A stretch of 63,968 bases of DNA, filler included, from 9 parts of 9 records of this genome joined end to end with filler, not necessarily neighbours in it, one strand, 5' to 3'. Positions 12,511 through 25,287 are shown, counted from the whole stretch's first letter. Notes: a model not told the origin generated them from the sequence alone. Numbers and translations are program-made.

Positions 12511-12610
12511 NNNNNNNNNNNNNNNNNNNNNNNNNNNNNNNNNNNNNNNNNNNNTTAATTAATTAANNNNNNNNNNNNNNNNNNNNNNNNNNNNNNNNNN
12601 NNNNNNNNNN
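12511..12610. other. Artificial contig linker
   Basis: 44 N + TTAATTAATTAA (stops in all six frames) + 44 N. Identical linkers at 17529-17628, 21664-21763, 28742-28841, 37082-37181, 40644-40743, 55474-55573 and 60703-60802. Confidence 0.98.
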
Positions 12611-12612
12611 GC

Positions 12613-13557
12613 TCGCAGTGCAAGCAGCCGCTGTGGGGCGCCATCGATCCTCGGATCGCGTACAGGCCGGCCGAGCGGACCTATTACCTGGGCTGGGACA
12701 ACTGCACACAGGACTGTGCTTTCCGGCAGACCCAGTTGTCCACCTCGCAGAACCCGTTCGATCAGCACTCGTGGGTGCACCACGGCGCTCTGCTCAGCTC
12801 GGCCCAAGCCCACCAGCCGTCTACTGCCGGTGCGTCTTTGCTGTTCCAGGAGCCGGCAAGCCACCTGGCGTTTGTGGCCACGGGCACGCTCGCACACCCA
12901 CAGTGGGAGCAAGTGTTGGTGGCCGCTGACTCCAGCGACGGGCTCGCCTGGAGTGTCTTATCTTGCAACGCTACTGCTGCCAACCGGTGCTGTGCCGACA
13001 CATCTCCAGCCGCACGCGAGCCTTCGCCGGATCCGTGCCTGGACCACAACTGTTGCTCGCCCACACCGATATGCAACGATCCGGATGCCGGCCAGTGCCA
13101 GAACCATCACAGCGCCAAGCCAGGCCCAGGGCGGCGGGTGCTGCTGGCGCCTAGGCTCGGGTGCTGGGACAGTGGTGGCATCTGTGCTGGGCCACAACCC
13201 GAGAGGCTTTCTGACGGAAATTGGCTGTATGTGTACAACCATGATTCACACAACGAGGTTAACAGTCCGTCCGGCCGGTGCAGTATTGGATGGGCGATTC
13301 TTGACGGCGATGACCCGACCCAGGTGATTGCGAGGGCGGAGGCGCCGGTGGTGGCCGGTTGCGATTGCTCAAAGAAGGTTCCGGGACAGGGCAAAGATTG
13401 CCTGGTCTGTGGTGAGCCCTTTGAGGTGGCTGGTCAGACGCCCCAAGTGGCATTCGCTGACGGGCTGCGGCCAATGGGCGGCGACGAGTTCGTTATTACC
13501 TATGGTGCTGCAGATCAAGCGGTAGGAGCGGTGCTAATTCGAGTTCACCTTCCGTAG
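12613..13557 (+). CDS. GH130-like / five-bladed beta-propeller glycoside hydrolase, 5' partial
   Basis: AIDPRIAY..YY, WDS..GPQPERLSDGNWLYVYN, IGWAILDGDDPTQVIARA, GQTPQVAFADGL and YGAADQAVG. Confidence 0.75.
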   Translation, partial: SQCKQPLWGAIDPRIAYRPAERTYYLGWDNCTQDCAFRQTQLSTSQNPFDQHSWVHHGALLSSAQAHQPSTAGASLLFQEPASHLAFVATGTLAHPQWEQVLVAADSSDGLAWSVLSCNATAANRCCADTSPAAREPSPDPCLDHNCCSPTPICNDPDAGQCQNHHSAKPGPGRRVLLAPRLGCWDSGGICAGPQPERLSDGNWLYVYNHDSHNEVNSPSGRCSIGWAILDGDDPTQVIARAEAPVVAGCDCSKKVPGQGKDCLVCGEPFEVAGQTPQVAFADGLRPMGGDEFVITYGAADQAVGAVLIRVHLP

Positions 13558-14107
13558 ATTCCGTAGAAAATAAAGGATTTTATCTAAAAAACTGCGCACT
13601 CGTTCGCTATTCCAGGGTTACCCATGAGGTTGCCACCTGCTACCTTTTTCATGTCTTCCGCAAAGCTAGTTGCGCATTTCTTTGTGGCGTCAAATCCGAT
13701 ACATGTTTCTTTAGGTTTCAATCCTCTGGCTTTCCTCTCCTCCGCTGAGCATGCTTTGGGCTTCAAAACCTTTGCCATGCAGAGCTGTATTGACATGGCA
13801 GATTTTGTTGGTTTGTGCGCACCGCCCGCTGCTTCGTGGTCGTGATTTGATGGGAACATGTCTTTGCACACGCGCCTATCACGAAGATGCGAGATTCAGT
13901 TACTTAGGTACAGCTGAACTGTTGTCAAGCCTGTCGATCGCAGTACGAGTTCTACGGCGTTGTAGGCGCGTAGGCGTAGGCTTGTGGTTACTCTTAATGA
14001 CCCTCGATGTGTGTTGCACATTCTTTGTCTACTCGTTTCTATAATACATATAATTATATAGAGAGAGCGTATGATGAAGTTAGTATTCAAGATCTATTTT
14101 GCATCCT

Positions 14108-17100
14108 TTATGTTTTTTTTTGTCTTTTGTTTGCTGGATGTTCCTCCTCTTCTACAATCTTGAGCGATAGGCCGGGTCTATGTGGTTTTGAATTATCAAC
14201 CGAGATTTCGAGCACCAACCAATCGAACACGTGGAATGTGTGGCCTTGCACCGTGAGTGTGAGTGACTCCTCACAATAGCTCAGATTCGAGTCGTCCTCG
14301 CTCATCCTTATCATCGACTCGATCCCAAAACGTGGAACCAGCACCTACATGAGCCGTCACAACCCCAAATTCCCAAACACTCACCCCGAGCCCATTCTCA
14401 CGGATTCTCAGAATGATTCCGCGCTCAGTGACCACTCTGTCCTTGAAGTAGAAGAGCGTGTGCAGCTCAACTGAGGCTCTGCCAGCCATCTGGCAAGCCA
14501 TCAGCAAACCAGGGCCAGGGGTTGGTAGCATCACTTGGGCCATCAGGTGACGACGATTTATGTTGTCAGCTATGTCACTGATTGCATCCTTGTCACGCAT
14601 CTGCAAGCCACAACAGAATGGTGAATGGCAAGACCGTGCTATTGGGAGGGTCTGTGCCTGCGGATCGAGTTCGTCAACGCCAATCGTGGCGGCGAGCAGA
14701 CGATGCACCATCACGTCCGCATACCTGTCAAGCTGATGAGCCATGGCTGCAGTCCATTCTACACACCGCCGAATTGGAGAAGTGTAGTGCGTGTAAATTG
14801 GAGCAGCAAGCCCGTAGTGTCGATACTGATCCGAAGGCAGCTGGCCTGGCCAACCCCTGTTAGCTGGCCCGCACATTGCATCAAGGCCACCAGAGCAAAA
14901 GTAAACAGCTTGCTGCATACACCTTGTCGATAGAATCCGCAGTGCCTGCAGAAGCTGGTCTCTGCTGGCTGCATGCATGGCATACCTTGTTGAAATACTC
15001 GTCGCCATCGCGCACGGCATTATCGAGCGAATCGGCCAGTGCTTTGGAGGAACCAACCTGAACAAGCACGCAATCACGCGTCCCACAACACTCGCGTCTG
15101 ACCTCGATCTTGATTCCGACAGACTCGGCAGCTTTGATCAAAGGCTCGAACTGGGCTGGCAACGGGTCTGGGTGTCGTCGCAGCAGCGCAAGCTGCGGAT
15201 AATGCTTCTCGATTTGGGCCGCAACCTGTTGCGATGAATCAGAGCACGACGGACCGGCCGCGGGTTACGGTGATGTTGGCTAGCAGCATAAACTCCTCGA
15301 CGAGCGAGTTGGCCTCCTTGAGCTGATACATGCCCACGTCGAGCGGATTGTTAGTTTCAGTATCCAAGCTGAATTTGACCTGAGATCTGGTCAAAGAGTC
15401 ACAGACTGGCCGGATCACCTCTGGAGAGGCAAGATTCAATGCGCCCATAGCGACGCGCTTGGCCTTGAGCTGCTTTGCGAGCGCGTTCAGGTTGCGGACG
15501 TCCTCAGTGAGAGGGTCAACGCAGCTCGGGTCGTCCATCTGACTCTGGGCCTGCGGCCAGTGAGGTCTGATCGCGCCTCAACGGTTGCACCTCGCCGTAG
15601 CTGAAGGCATGGTCCGAGTGGATCACAGACTTGAAGAACTTGGTCTGGCCAGGCACCACCTCCCCGCCCGCAGTCATCTCCCACGTGACCGAGAACGCCA
15701 GTCTGTCCACGTTTGGCCGGAGCGAGCACAAGTCGGCGTTCAGCAGTCGCGGCAGCATGTCGATTCGCTTCTCCACGAGGTACACCGTGGTCCCTGCAAC
15801 CTCGAGCGCTCGGCCCAGTCCGGTCGGAGCCGTTTACCTCGGACAGCGGCCTCCAGGTCCAGGGCCGTGCCCGGTCGCACAAAGTGAGTCACGTCCGCTA
15901 TATGCACCCCGACCTGCCCACAGCTTGCCCACTCGCGCCTCCAGCACAAACCTCGAAATTGCCATTGTCAAGCCGCATGCAATGCAGCGCATCGTCAATG
16001 TCCTCACAGCCAGGCGGATCAATCGAGCAGATCCGGCGGCCGGTGTTGCGAAGATCGACCCGGCGCGATACTTCGGTCGGTTTGATAGTGTATCTCCCAG
16101 CTTCAGGTGGAAGGCAGGCGAGCACCGCAGTCGAGAATGGCCGGACTGGCACGTCGTGCTCCACAAAGATCACCTGACCGCCGATCAGCGCCAAGCCCAG
16201 CAGGCGGCTGACCTCGTTCTCAGCGTCGCGGTCGCCGGTGAGCCCAAGGGTCCTCACATAGTGCCCGTTGGGGTAGCTTGAGCGCTCATCCCACGAGTCA
16301 ATCGTGACCACAATCCTCTTTCCCGCCAGCATGTCCGGCTGCACCGTGTGCACGCGCACGTATGGCATGTTCCGCGCGACTGGGTGGAACAGGTAAGACT
16401 GGCCCCTCTTGGAGTCCATGTCCAACGATCCTGCCAAAGGCCGCCAGTTGGTTTTGATGATCCCGACCACCTCGCCCTGGCAGCTGTCGGCCGGCTCCTG
16501 CTCCTGCTTGATCCGGACAGCCACCAGGTCCCCGTCGATCGCCCGGTTCATGTCTATCCGGCCATCGATCGTGACCTCGCTAGTTTCGCTCTTCCCGCCC
16601 TTTTGCTGCTTGACGGCCACTCTGCCCCTGAAGGCGTTATCCCGTGCCGCCCGGACCATCCCCTGCACCAGACTCCCGTTCTTGAGCCCTGCCGAGATCG
16701 CTGCGGCGCTCAGGAACTTGGAATAGTGCAGCTTCTCCTTGTGTGCCTCGCCGGCATCCTCCGCGCTGCTGATTGCGACCATCCGGTCCAGGATCTGCGG
16801 GTCCTGGGTGGCCGCCCGCACGTACTCGTCCATGCTCACCGCGCTCAGCCCGTCCTTGAGCGCCTGCTCGCGCGAGAGCTTGTCGTTGGTGATGTGCAGC
16901 ACCCGCGGACCGAGCTCCGGCCCGAGGTGCTGGGCGTACCAGCCGCACACCACCCGGATCGCCCGATCGTTGAAGTCGTTCGGGCTCTCCCCGGGCTGCT
17001 GGCTCACGTGCGTCTCGCGGTGGTGCTCGTTGGCGAAGAAGTAGAACCGGCGGTCCGGCTGCTGGATCAACTTGCACAGCCGGGCGTACACGTGCTCGTT

Positions 17101-17370
17101 CCGGTGCTTGATCTCGGCCATCACCGTCTGGGGCACGATCGTGTCCACGAACACCGCGCTGGCGTACTCTATCAGGTCGATGTAGGCCAGCCCCACGTTG
17201 GTGTCGAGCACCAGGTACCGGGCCGCGTTGGGGGCCAGCGGGGGCTCGCCCTCCCGGAACCAGGGGTAGCCCTCCACCCCGCACGCGATGTCGTCGCGCA
17301 GGTAGTGCTCCTTCACGTGCTTCACCACGTTCCCCCGTCGGGTCTTGGCGAACCACCGGCGCTCGGGCAT
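14108..17370 (-). CDS. DIS3: Exosome catalytic subunit DIS3/RRP44 (PIN + CSD + RNB + S1), 13 introns
   Basis: [76 protein letters not shown] and [17 protein letters not shown]. Introns at 16174-16212, 15914-15951, 15794-15837, 15551-15590, 15380-15418, 15226-15268, 15058-15102, 14946-14985, 14846-14890, 14725-14766, 14601-14657 (GC), 14490-14534 and 14345-14384. Confidence 0.97.
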
Positions 17371-17629
17371 GTCGCTGTTCCCGCCAGCACGTCGGGCGTA
17401 AGTAACGGAACATCGGCTCGAGTTTCGAGCTATTTCCCTAGGGAGCGTCTCACGCCGGGGGTCGGACATTAGCTGAGCCTATGCTCCGGACTCGCTGTTG
17501 GAGGCTCGGCAATCCGCCCGGTGCCTCCNNNNNNNNNNNNNNNNNNNNNNNNNNNNNNNNNNNNNNNNNNNNTTAATTAATTAANNNNNNNNNNNNNNNN
17601 NNNNNNNNNNNNNNNNNNNNNNNNNNNNG

Positions 17630-17977
17630 GACACGCAGGATGATATCAAGGCAGGGCTAGTGAGGACACAGCGAGCAGGAGCACCAGCTTGTAGTCAGCT
17701 TGGGCATATCAATCGAGCAGCTCTGCAGTCCAGTGTCAGGACAGCTCTGAAATCCGGTGTTGAGCCAGGCACAGCAGAGCTTGAGAGGAGTAAGGCACGC
17801 CCGAGAGGAGACAGAGCGCGATTGAAGGTTGGCTTGGATAAAGTGAACGCCCTGCGAGAATCGCTGAGAAGTATGGTAAAAGACCAACCAAGGGCCAACC
17901 CAACTGAGGCTCGAGCCGGTCCGCTAGTAAGCTCACTGGTCAAAGAGAATTACGAGATTATGCGATACATGCGGTGA
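17630..17977 (+). CDS. 3' end of an unknown gene, truncated by the linker
   Basis: Open frame from the contig edge to the TGA at 17977, followed by an AT-rich 3' region. Confidence 0.4.
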   Translation, partial: DTQDDIKAGLVRTQRAGAPACSQLGHINRAALQSSVRTALKSGVEPGTAELERSKARPRGDRARLKVGLDKVNALRESLRSMVKDQPRANPTEARAGPLVSSLVKENYEIMRYMR

Positions 17978-18282
17978 TTATTTGGTAATTATTTGGTTGG
18001 TCACGGCTGTAGGTACCTACACTTAACCTACACTGTACCGATGTAGATTAATTTTCATTGTCACACGTGATTGACCAGTTGTAACCGGTTGGTAATAAAA
18101 CCTTGCTAATTATAACACACAAAGTTGATCAAAAGTTTGATCGGCATTATTTTTTTACTCAAAATTAATTGCGTTGAAGTACTAAGGTCTTTATGATTTA
18201 AATAACACTATTTTGACACTATGAAACACTAAATTGCGGTACAAACAATTCACAAACGATCAAGGAGTAGACCGGCGTTTGA

Positions 18283-19642
18283 TCAATTTTCACAACAAAG
18301 TGCATTTGCAGCCATCATCCTTGTTCTTGTCGCCCTCTTGCTGCTGTTCAGAGTTCTCTCGCCCGCTTGCTGCGACAGAGTCCTCTTGTCGCTCCTCCGA
18401 TCCCTCCTCTCGTCCCTCCTGCAGCCAGCCATGAGTCGCTGATTGCCATGCCCAGCTGCCTGAGCAAGCGCATCAGACTCATCCAGGTCTTCCAGGTTCT
18501 CAAATGGAGAAGGCGTATCCTCCAGTTGCTGACCCTGGACTCGCCCACGCCCCGCGGCCCATGAGGCACCTTGCGCTCGTCCAGGCTGAGCATCGATTCA
18601 ATGGTCTTTTTTGTCCGGTCATTAGCCAGCAACATCATACCCTTCTGCTCCTGCGCTGTCGCCAGCACCAGCAGCGCAGTTTGCTCTGGCACTTCCAAAT
18701 GCTCAAACACCTGATCGGCAGCTCATATCCCAACGGCACAATCACCAACAGCACCTGCAAGATGTCGGAGAAGGACATTGCGTCCATCATGGCAACGTGC
18801 TCGCTGGTTGTCATTTCCTGCCATTGCTGCTTACGCTGCATAGGGTGTGTGCTCCCGTGCATCAGGATTTGCCTGCGGGCTGATCGGCCAGCGCCCGCAG
18901 ACAGCCGCACCGCACGTATGGGTGCCCAGACTTGAGCACGAGGCATTCCGAGTCCACCCTGGGCACACCGTGTGCTGTCAGCTTGCTGGTGAGAGGAGCC
19001 AACTCACTCGCCAGAGCTGGGATCTGCCGACGACACCCCGTGGCACCGGGCCCAATCCAGCTCCTGGTGCTCCTTGGAGCAATAGCACAGCGATTTGCAT
19101 TGCTGACACCGCCTCAGGACCTGCCCCCGCCCAGTCAGCCGCCCCCCGCCGAGCCGCCCGCCGTCGTTGGGGCCGAGCTCAGTAGCTCGTCCTGCAGCTC
19201 CGCCTCGGTCCGCTTGCACCACGCACACCGCGGCGGAAGGTCCGAGTTCTGCAGCCCAGGGCTCAGCCTGGCCAGCACTCCCCTTCTTGGCTCACCGCGA
19301 CGTGAGGCAATACCAGAGGCTTCCGCACTAGTAGCGTCCTCGCGGGAGTGAGGTCCAGCGGCTCGGCGCACGGGACGCACTGTTCGGGCACTGGGGGCGG
19401 CGCAGGCGGTACGTGGTCTGTCAATGGCGGCTCCTTGTCTGGGACGGCAGTAGAGAGGCCCGACGGGGCAGCTGGCTGCGCCGGCCCGCCCTGGGATTGT
19501 TCGCTGCCTCTTGGCTCGTCAGAGCTGCCAGAGTAATCTGTCACAATGGCATCGTCCGACTGGCTGTCCCGGCCGCACGAGCACCCCTGGCCCTGCCCAG
19601 CCCGTCAGCTCCCCACCGCTAGCCGCTGCTAGCACACACCAT
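18283..19642 (-). CDS. MYND zinc-finger protein with a predicted N-terminal acylation motif (3' end approximate)
   Basis: CAWC..|VLRRCQQCKSLCYCSKEHQELDW. The intron at 19593-19639, immediately after the ATG, gives MGQGCSC. GC-AG intron at 19121-19161; other introns not fully resolved. Confidence 0.7.
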
Positions 19643-19811
19643 GGGCGGAACGACCGACAAAAGTTTGTCCTTTGATTGAGTGCGCTGCTCCATACTTACC
19701 AGCATGGTGGCAGCTGCAGGTAGCTAAATCTACTTTAATACTACAGGTATTTAAGCTTAGGAGTAGACTAGGTTTAGCCCACATTTCCACGTCTATGACC
19801 GTGCTCTGGGT

Positions 19812-21143
19812 CTACAGAAAGCCTTGCGCCTTTAGATCGTTTCGGAGAGCGGGCAACACCGTCTCTGATACGCCCTTGAGTGGCAACCGAGGAGGCCCGA
19901 GCTCGAGCCCCGGCGCAAAGAGCGTAGCACTCAGTCGCGCCACTTGCTTGGTGTCCCCTGCCAGCCGCTGTGAACTCAAAAGGGCTCTCTACCAGCTGGC
20001 ACACCGTGCTTCTTGAAAATCTGCAGTAGTGTGCTGATTTTTGCATCGTGGTATGCAGCCCCGGTCAAGTTGCCTGCAGCGTAGGCCTGGCGAACCCTGC
20101 CCAACAGCGGGCTTGCACTGGTGTAGACGATCCCGCCGGCGGTGGAATAGTTGGCCATCCCTTGCAGCACCATGGTCGTGATCACGGGGAACTTTCTCAG
20201 AGCTGTGGCTGCGAGCAACTCGGTCTTGTTGTTATCAATATACTTAACACCGATCAGGTTAGGGATCTTGGCCGGGCTGCCGGAGTGCGCCAGCTTGAGC
20301 AGCTCGGCCACTGGGAAATCTACTGCGTACAGCTCGGGATAATGATAGTACCAAGCCGGGAGCCCCGGGGCCTCGGCTGCAATTAGCCCGATCACCTCAG
20401 CCAGCACCTCGAGCGAGTCGGGCCGCATGATACACGGCGCTACGATGAGAATGCTGTCAGCACCCCGCCGCCCGGCCTCGCGGGCCAAGAACCGCGCCCG
20501 ATCGACCGCCGTGTCGCCCACTGTGGTCCCAGTCAGGCCGGTGCCGGCGGGGGGCACCGTGGAACATGATGGCCGGACGGGGGCTCGGCAGGGCGTCCAG
20601 GGCTGTCCGCCAGGCGTCCAGGGTCTCGAGCCGCTCCTGGCTGGTCATGCTCGGCCACTCGCCGGTGGAGCCGCCCAGCACGATCACGCTAGAGTTGGAC
20701 GCGTGGGTCCAGCGGGCGTAGGCCGGGATCTGATCGAGCCGGAGCCGGCCGGCCGAGTCGAACGGGGTGAACACCGGGTCGTACGCCCCGAACTGCCGGC
20801 CGGCGCACCCGGCCAGCGCCCCGCAGGCCAGCACAACGAGAGCCCGCACCATGTGTTTGTTGGCTTGATGACCCTTGACGCTGTCGACGATGCTTGGACA
20901 ATCTTGCGCAGGGTGCATGTTGGGGGCTGCGGGCGACTGGGAATGCGTGGTGCCGAGCACAACCACTCCGATCAGCAGACCAACCGCCGCCACACCGAGC
21001 ACCGCTATAATGATGATCAAAGTGCGCTTGCTTGCAGCACATCGGCTCGACGGCTCTGGGGCTGGCCCCTCCGGCATGGCCTCGTAACCCCCATCGATCT
21101 GGGCGACATCAGCTAGCAGGGATGACTCCCCGCCCTGGTCCAT
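19812..21143 (-). CDS. N-acetylneuraminate lyase / DHDPS-family aldolase with N-terminal hydrophobic segments
   Basis: FTPFD, LGGSTGEWPSMTSQER, H|VGD, WYYHYP, NLIGVKY (Schiff-base Lys) and GPPRLPL. Introns at 20521-20557 and 19958-20004; alternative start at 20852. Confidence 0.85.
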
Positions 21144-21243
21144 TCGCCGGGGGGCGGCAACACGACGCTCGAGATCTCGCACTGACGCAGTAGATCTACT
21201 GCGCTCCGCCCGGAATAAAAAATAATTCATACGTGCGACAGCC

Positions 21244-21627
21244 ATGTCGAGGGCACGCTGCTGGCAAATCAATACGCTGGCGCTGCTGGCGCTGGCACTG
21301 ATTGTGCTCCCGGCTGCGGGGATCGGGGGGCTGGACTGCACGTTCGGCGACCCGGCGACAGACAAGATCTCTCTGGTCAACAACTGCTCGACTGGGGCAA
21401 TCAAAATCAGGACCTGCCGCACAGAGATCGGCTGCACGGGCGACCTCGGCAAGTGGAATTCGTTCAAGGACTGCGACCAGCTGCTCAGCCTAGGGGAGCA
21501 GGTGGAGCTGTCGTTCGAACAGAAGGTGGCCTACATGGTGTTCTTCAACACGGGAGATAAGGCGGCCGGCGAGCTGTGGAAGCCGAAGAACGGGACCTGG
21601 CCGGCCGCACATGTGATCAACGAGTGA
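21244..21627 (+). CDS. Small secreted Cys-containing protein
   Basis: Hydrophobic signal-like N-terminus (LALLALALIVLPAAG), several Cys residues and GC3-rich codons. Confidence 0.6.
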   Translation: MSRARCWQINTLALLALALIVLPAAGIGGLDCTFGDPATDKISLVNNCSTGAIKIRTCRTEIGCTGDLGKWNSFKDCDQLLSLGEQVELSFEQKVAYMVFFNTGDKAAGELWKPKNGTWPAAHVINE

Positions 21628-22432
21628 TTGGGGGGGCTGCCCGGGTGGGTGCCGGGCCACGATNNNNNNNNNNNNNNNNNNNNNNNNNNNNNNNNNNNNN
21701 NNNNNNNTTAATTAATTAANNNNNNNNNNNNNNNNNNNNNNNNNNNNNNNNNNNNNNNNNNNNGGAGCCGCCGGCCGCCGAGGCGCCGGCCGACGGCCCA
21801 GCTAAGCGCTACCCTGGGATTATCCTGCCGCCAGTCCGCGCGACAGACCACGACAGTCCACAGTGCTCGTGCAGCATCGAGGGCCTCTCCCCTGACACTA
21901 CCATCCGCGAATTCAAGGATCACGTGCGGCATGCTCTGGGGGCAGGCATGTCGACCAAAGATGCGAGGACGCCTGTGGATCGGGGGATGCTCGGAAGAGA
22001 GATAATTCTGCTCGCTCCGTTGCTCGGAATGATCCCACCGAATGATCCCAAAGAAGCGCTCACCTTAGCCGATAGCGGGATTGCAGCATTAGCCGACCGT
22101 GGTAGACGCGATGGGTGGGCGGGTGTTAGGGTGCGCTACTGTGGGCCTTGAGCGCCCCGTCCACCGAGAGCTTGCTGGTCTTAGTTAGTTAGTTCGTTTA
22201 GTTAGTCAGTTATTCATTGTTATTGAGCCGGTCCAACTCGATGCCTCAAGAGTCCCAGCCTTACCCGGCCGAGGCTGCCGCGATTAGTGCAGAGATGAGG
22301 AGAAGGTGCGCTTGCATGGTGCGTAGAGTCACGCGTGGGCAATTGCTAGCTGACTGCTGCGGTATGGCTGTACACCATCTTCATGTGAATCAGTTGCGCA
22401 TGCATTCGGCTGGAATAACGGCACAATCTTCG

Positions 22433-23548
22433 ATGGGCAAACTTCAGGGACTGTTCCTCCTGGTGGCCACCGCAGCAGCGGGTCCTTGCGATCTCACCGG
22501 GCGGGCGGGCAACCCTTGCGTGGCGGCACATTCGACTACCCGTGCTTTATACGCAGACTACGCTGGGCCGCTGTGTGAGCCCGCCCGGTCGATCCTGCCT
22601 GACCGGTGTGTGTGCAGACACGGTGAGCCGGCCCGACGGCAAGTCGGCCGACATCGGCCTGCTCAGGCCGGGCGGGTTCGCCGACATCCGGACGCACGAG
22701 GCATTCTGTGCCAAACTCGACTGCGTGATCTCGTACGTTTTTGATCAGTCGCCTCAGAAGAACCACCTGTACGCTCGGCACCAGATGGTAAACGCCTCCG
22801 AGCACAAGATCGCGGTTCGGGGGGGCACCCCGGTCTACGGGATGCACTTCGACCCGGGGTTCGGGTATCACACCGACCACACCACTGGGGTCGCTACGGG
22901 CAACCAGCCGGAGTCGATCTTCGCGGTGATGAGCGGGACGCACACGAACGGCCGGTGCTGTTTCGACTACGGCAACTCCGAGAATTCGATCACAGCCAAC
23001 AACCGGAGCGACGGTGCTGGAGCGATGGAGGCGATCTATTTTGGGACGGGCAACTGGCAAGGCAACAGTGGGGCCGGCGCTGGGCCGTGGGTTGGAGCCG
23101 ACCTCGAGGCTGGAATGTGACGGCAGGGTTAGGTCTAGGGCTCACGGGCAGGCGCAGGTATTACGGCGGCGGGAATGAGACCAAGGTCAATCAGCGGAGC
23201 AAGCCGTTGCCACATCCGTTCGTGAGCGTGTACTTGCGAGGGATGACAGACGGGTTCGTACTGAAGGGCGGCGATGCCACAAAGGGGATGCTGGAGACTA
23301 TGTACTCCGGCCCACGGCCCGACTGCGCTATCGCCAAGACTTGCCACCGGCACGAGAACGCGACTTACCATCCGAGCTACCAGCCGATGCACAAGCAGGG
23401 TGCGATCATCCTGGCGACAGGGGGCGACAACTCAAACGGCGCGATGGGCCGATTTTATGAGGGCATCATGGTGACGGGGACGACCACCGATGCGACCGAT
23501 GACGCGGTGCAGGCTGACATCGTGGCGGTCGGCTACAAGAGCATCTGA
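22433..23548 (+). CDS. Secreted alpha-L-arabinofuranosidase B (GH54) catalytic domain
   Basis: Signal peptide, then GPCD..PCVAAHSTTRALY, DQSP..NHL, CCFDYGNSE, GAMEAIYFG, GPWVGADLE.G and MHKQGAIIL..GGDNSN..G.FYEG. Introns at 22575-22617 and 23117-23157. Confidence 0.93.
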
Positions 23549-23687
23549 CTGCAGGTCGAATGAACAATTGAATGAACAAATGCAAGGCGAGGCCTAGCGT
23601 GTAGATTTTCTCAAACTTGGGTATCGAAGAAATATTTGTATTGCTAGTATCTGTCATAAAACATGGCGTCCGCTAATCACTAGTCTA

Positions 23688-25287
23688 CTAAGCCCTCCTA
23701 TAAACCCCTACCAACTCGGCGCTTTCCCCGAGCTCCCTCGCACTAAAAGTTGGACATCGCCAGGTGAACACAGGTTCGTATAGCCCCGCACCGGCCGCCC
23801 CAACCGTTCCACGGCACCGTAACGGCATCTGCACCCGTCCGAATGCGAGAAGCTTATGACAACTGGACCAAGGAGCTGCGATTGATCTGCTCATCCAAAC
23901 CCTCTTGATCGGCACGCTTTTTTGGATGAGTCTTACGGCATTGAACAAGGAGAGCCGAGAGCCTGGATAAAAAGCTCGCATCAGAGCCAAAGAATTAGAT
24001 CCATAGGCGTGGTACCCTCCGAGGTTGAGCACGTGCTGCTCACTCAGCTTCCAAGGCACCTGGCCAAATGTCAAAAGAGACAACCAGATTGCAGCTCGGC
24101 GGCAGCACACCTCTGATGATTGTCGGACGGCCTTTAGCAGTGTCTTGCAATCTGCACTGAGCAGCACCGCCCGGCCGCCGGCCCGCAGAACCCTGGTCAC
24201 ATCGCTCTCAATTCCAGGGTTCATTGTGTACTCACCGGTGGAACTGCCTTAGCACTGCGGGATAAAGGGCTTTGTTGGTGGCTTTGCTACCCATCCTCTT
24301 GCCGAATGGCATATCAGTCACAAAAGCGTCCACCACCCCGGGCCTCAACGGCAAAGCAGTACAGTCCCACAGTACAACGTCAATCCGGCCTGCAGCCGGC
24401 CCTCACTCGCGGCTAGTCAACAGTAGAGCCACGGCACCTCTGCTGTTGGCTGCCGCCTTGCTAACTGCACTTGGGCTTACATCCCCCATCAGTAAGTACA
24501 CCGGCATTATCTCAGCATGTGCCAGCTCAGGAATAGTGCCACAGCCGCACATCGGGTCTACGATAACCTCGGCCGGCAGCGCCAGCTGCACCATACTCCA
24601 CCCGACCTGCGGCCTCAACGCAGTGTGCGACATTTCTCTCCCTTGCTCAGGCGCCATTTCAGCTTTCAGTCCAACAGACTTCTTGTTCAGTTTGAGCCCC
24701 AGCCAGAACTGGTCGTGGTGGCATCTCGCGAGCACACTCAGCTGCCAATCCCGGCATGAGCCCCTCAGCCCGGAGCTAGCCTGCAACCCGAGCGCCGCCT
24801 CCCTCTTAATCTCATCGCAGCTCCAACTCTCGTCCGCCCGTGCACCGCCGCTCCGGGAGCCACCCCGGCGTGCCAACACCCTGAACGCCAGTGGCCCCTC
24901 GGGCAGCGGCTCGCCCGCGGCTGCAGCGAACCGCCGGGCCTGGGCCACACACCGCCTGGCGTGCCGCGGGCAGACCTTTGAGTGACCGTTGAGGACCGGC
25001 AGCGGCTCTGGAATGTCGGGCGGGATGGATGCAGCTGCCAGGGTCACGTAGAGGTGCTCCACCGAGCGGCAGCCAGCCAGCTCCCCAACGTCGGACGCCG
25101 GATCGAGGCAAAACTCCACCCTGCCCTGCTTCTTGACACATCGGCAGCCCAGCCGCCGAGCGATCTCGGCTGCAGCTGCGAACTCGAGGCCACTGGCCAC
25201 TGTTGCCACCATGTGCAGCTCGTGGGGCTCGTCCACCCGCCGACACTCGAAACTGAGCGACCGCAGACACCGCACAGCCGTGAGCAT
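23688..25287 (-). CDS. THUMP-domain RNA (m2G) methyltransferase, THUMPD2/3-like (3' end approximate)
   Basis: ATVASGLEFAAAAEI, TALRPQVGWSM, IVDPMCGCGTIP and WDCTALPLR..VD.FVTDMPFGKR. Introns at 24390-24437 and 24205-24247 (GC). Confidence 0.8.

Noticed and set aside
13584-14090. Short minus-strand ORFs between the GH130-like gene and DIS3
   Set aside because: No recognisable domain or consistent start. Possibly a gene remnant, but not supportable.
7434-17370. Asparaginase and DIS3 as frameshifted pseudogenes, or evidence of stop-codon reassignment
   Set aside because: Every break is resolved by a 37-57-nt G(T/C)-AG intron that restores conserved motifs. TAA, TAG and TGA all end genes normally.
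21764-22430. Short ORFs and a TTAG microsatellite (~22181-22210)
   Set aside because: No domain was recognised, and the simple repeat is short and unremarkable.
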